DNA of 64,000 nucleotides, from assembly GCF_001447785.1 (NCBI RefSeq), contig NW_015168717.1, positions 102,752 through 166,751 of the forward strand, written 5' to 3'. The DNA is from Gekko japonicus (Eukaryota). Numbering within the stretch: the first letter of the stretch is position 1; each line of letters opens with the position of its first letter. The notes under the pieces were generated by a model that was not told where the DNA came from, did no database searches, and saw only the letters and a program-made list of their open reading frames with translations. Of the stretch, positions 63,098 to 64,000 are shown piece after piece. The translations under genes were made by a program, and so were the position numbers.

Positions 63098-63265
63098 AAC
63101 CCCATCTCAGACTGTACCTTGGGCTGACTCAGATCCTGGAATGAAAAGGGGTATCTCTGTAATACTACATTGGCCCCTGCCACACAGCAGGGAACCCATC
63201 TCAGACTGTACCTTGGGCTGACTCGGATCCTGGAATGAAAAGGGGTGTCTCTGTAATACTACATT
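63098..63265. repeat. Local direct duplication of ~72 bp
   Basis: cccatctcagactgtaccttgggctgactc..gtaatactacatt occurs twice, about 95 bp apart. Confidence 0.88.
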
Positions 63266-64000
63266 ACTTGTTTTATGTGTCAACTTGGTCAAGGACCTCT
63301 TTTGGGTGGTAGAGGATTGTTATTCTGAAACTGCTTCTTGTAATTGGTGTTGCGGTAGCTAATGATACTGCATGTAATGGAGTTCAGCATTCTTGTTTTA
63401 AGCAGCTGGAAATGTATCCTCTCATTTTAAAAAATCCTAAAAATCAGTGAATTTCTTCTAGTTTCCCCCACTCTCTCTTTTTTAAAAAATATATCTTGCT
63501 ATAATCAAGCATCATTCAGTTTTACATTATAACTTGACGACTCGCACACTGGTTGAATCCTCACATTTTACAACTTTAAGGGGGATTTATTAGTTATTTC
63601 ACAGTGTGTAAATCTGAATTTAGGTCAAAGGAAAAAAATGGATGAATCTAAGTCTTAAATATAACCTGTAAATAATAGATCAGAGTTTTTTTTAAAAAAA
63701 TGTGCAAATCCAAAGAGATGGTTAAAAATGCCAATTATAGCTTATGGTTTACAAAAACAATGTGCTTGTTGAATTAGAGGGGAAGGTAGTCAAACTTGAG
63801 TTCAAACCAAGGTAATGGATAGAAGTCTAGTTTCTATACTAAGTCAGCAGACTGGGGCCTTAAATAGCAAGCTAACCTACTTCTGCTAACTATCTCCAAG
63901 AGGAAATGTAACACAGGTGTGCCTGATGTTCACAAGATTAAAGTTTTGTCTGCCCTCAAGTAGTCACCACATTAAAGCCACTTTAATGAGGTTTTGGAAG

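Overview
This is eukaryotic DNA, most likely squamate reptile and probably gecko (inferred from the Sauria SINE, BovB, CR1 and gecko-type hAT repeat content). It looks intergenic or intronic: I recognise no host protein-coding gene, tRNA or rRNA gene, and nearly all ORFs in the track are repeat-derived or spurious. The window is mostly transposable elements. These include a degenerate Ngaro-type tyrosine-recombinase retrotransposon (gag, RT/RNaseH, YR and an SGNH-hydrolase relic) split by a young CR1, a short non-coding relative of it, a decayed APE-RT-CCHC LINE, and L2, CR1 and BovB fragments. There are also six young Sauria SINEs (five with TSDs), 5S- and tRNA-derived SINEs, hAT MITEs with 8-bp TSDs, Harbinger-like MITEs, a non-autonomous Helitron and a four-level nested insertion. 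The most notable signal is two long palindromes whose arms start back-to-back at degenerate minimal hammerhead-ribozyme motifs, plus a third near-intact motif, all consistent with Penelope-like termini. A few repeat-free blocks look like conserved enhancers or non-coding exons. All coordinates were read by eye and family names are from recall, not database searches.
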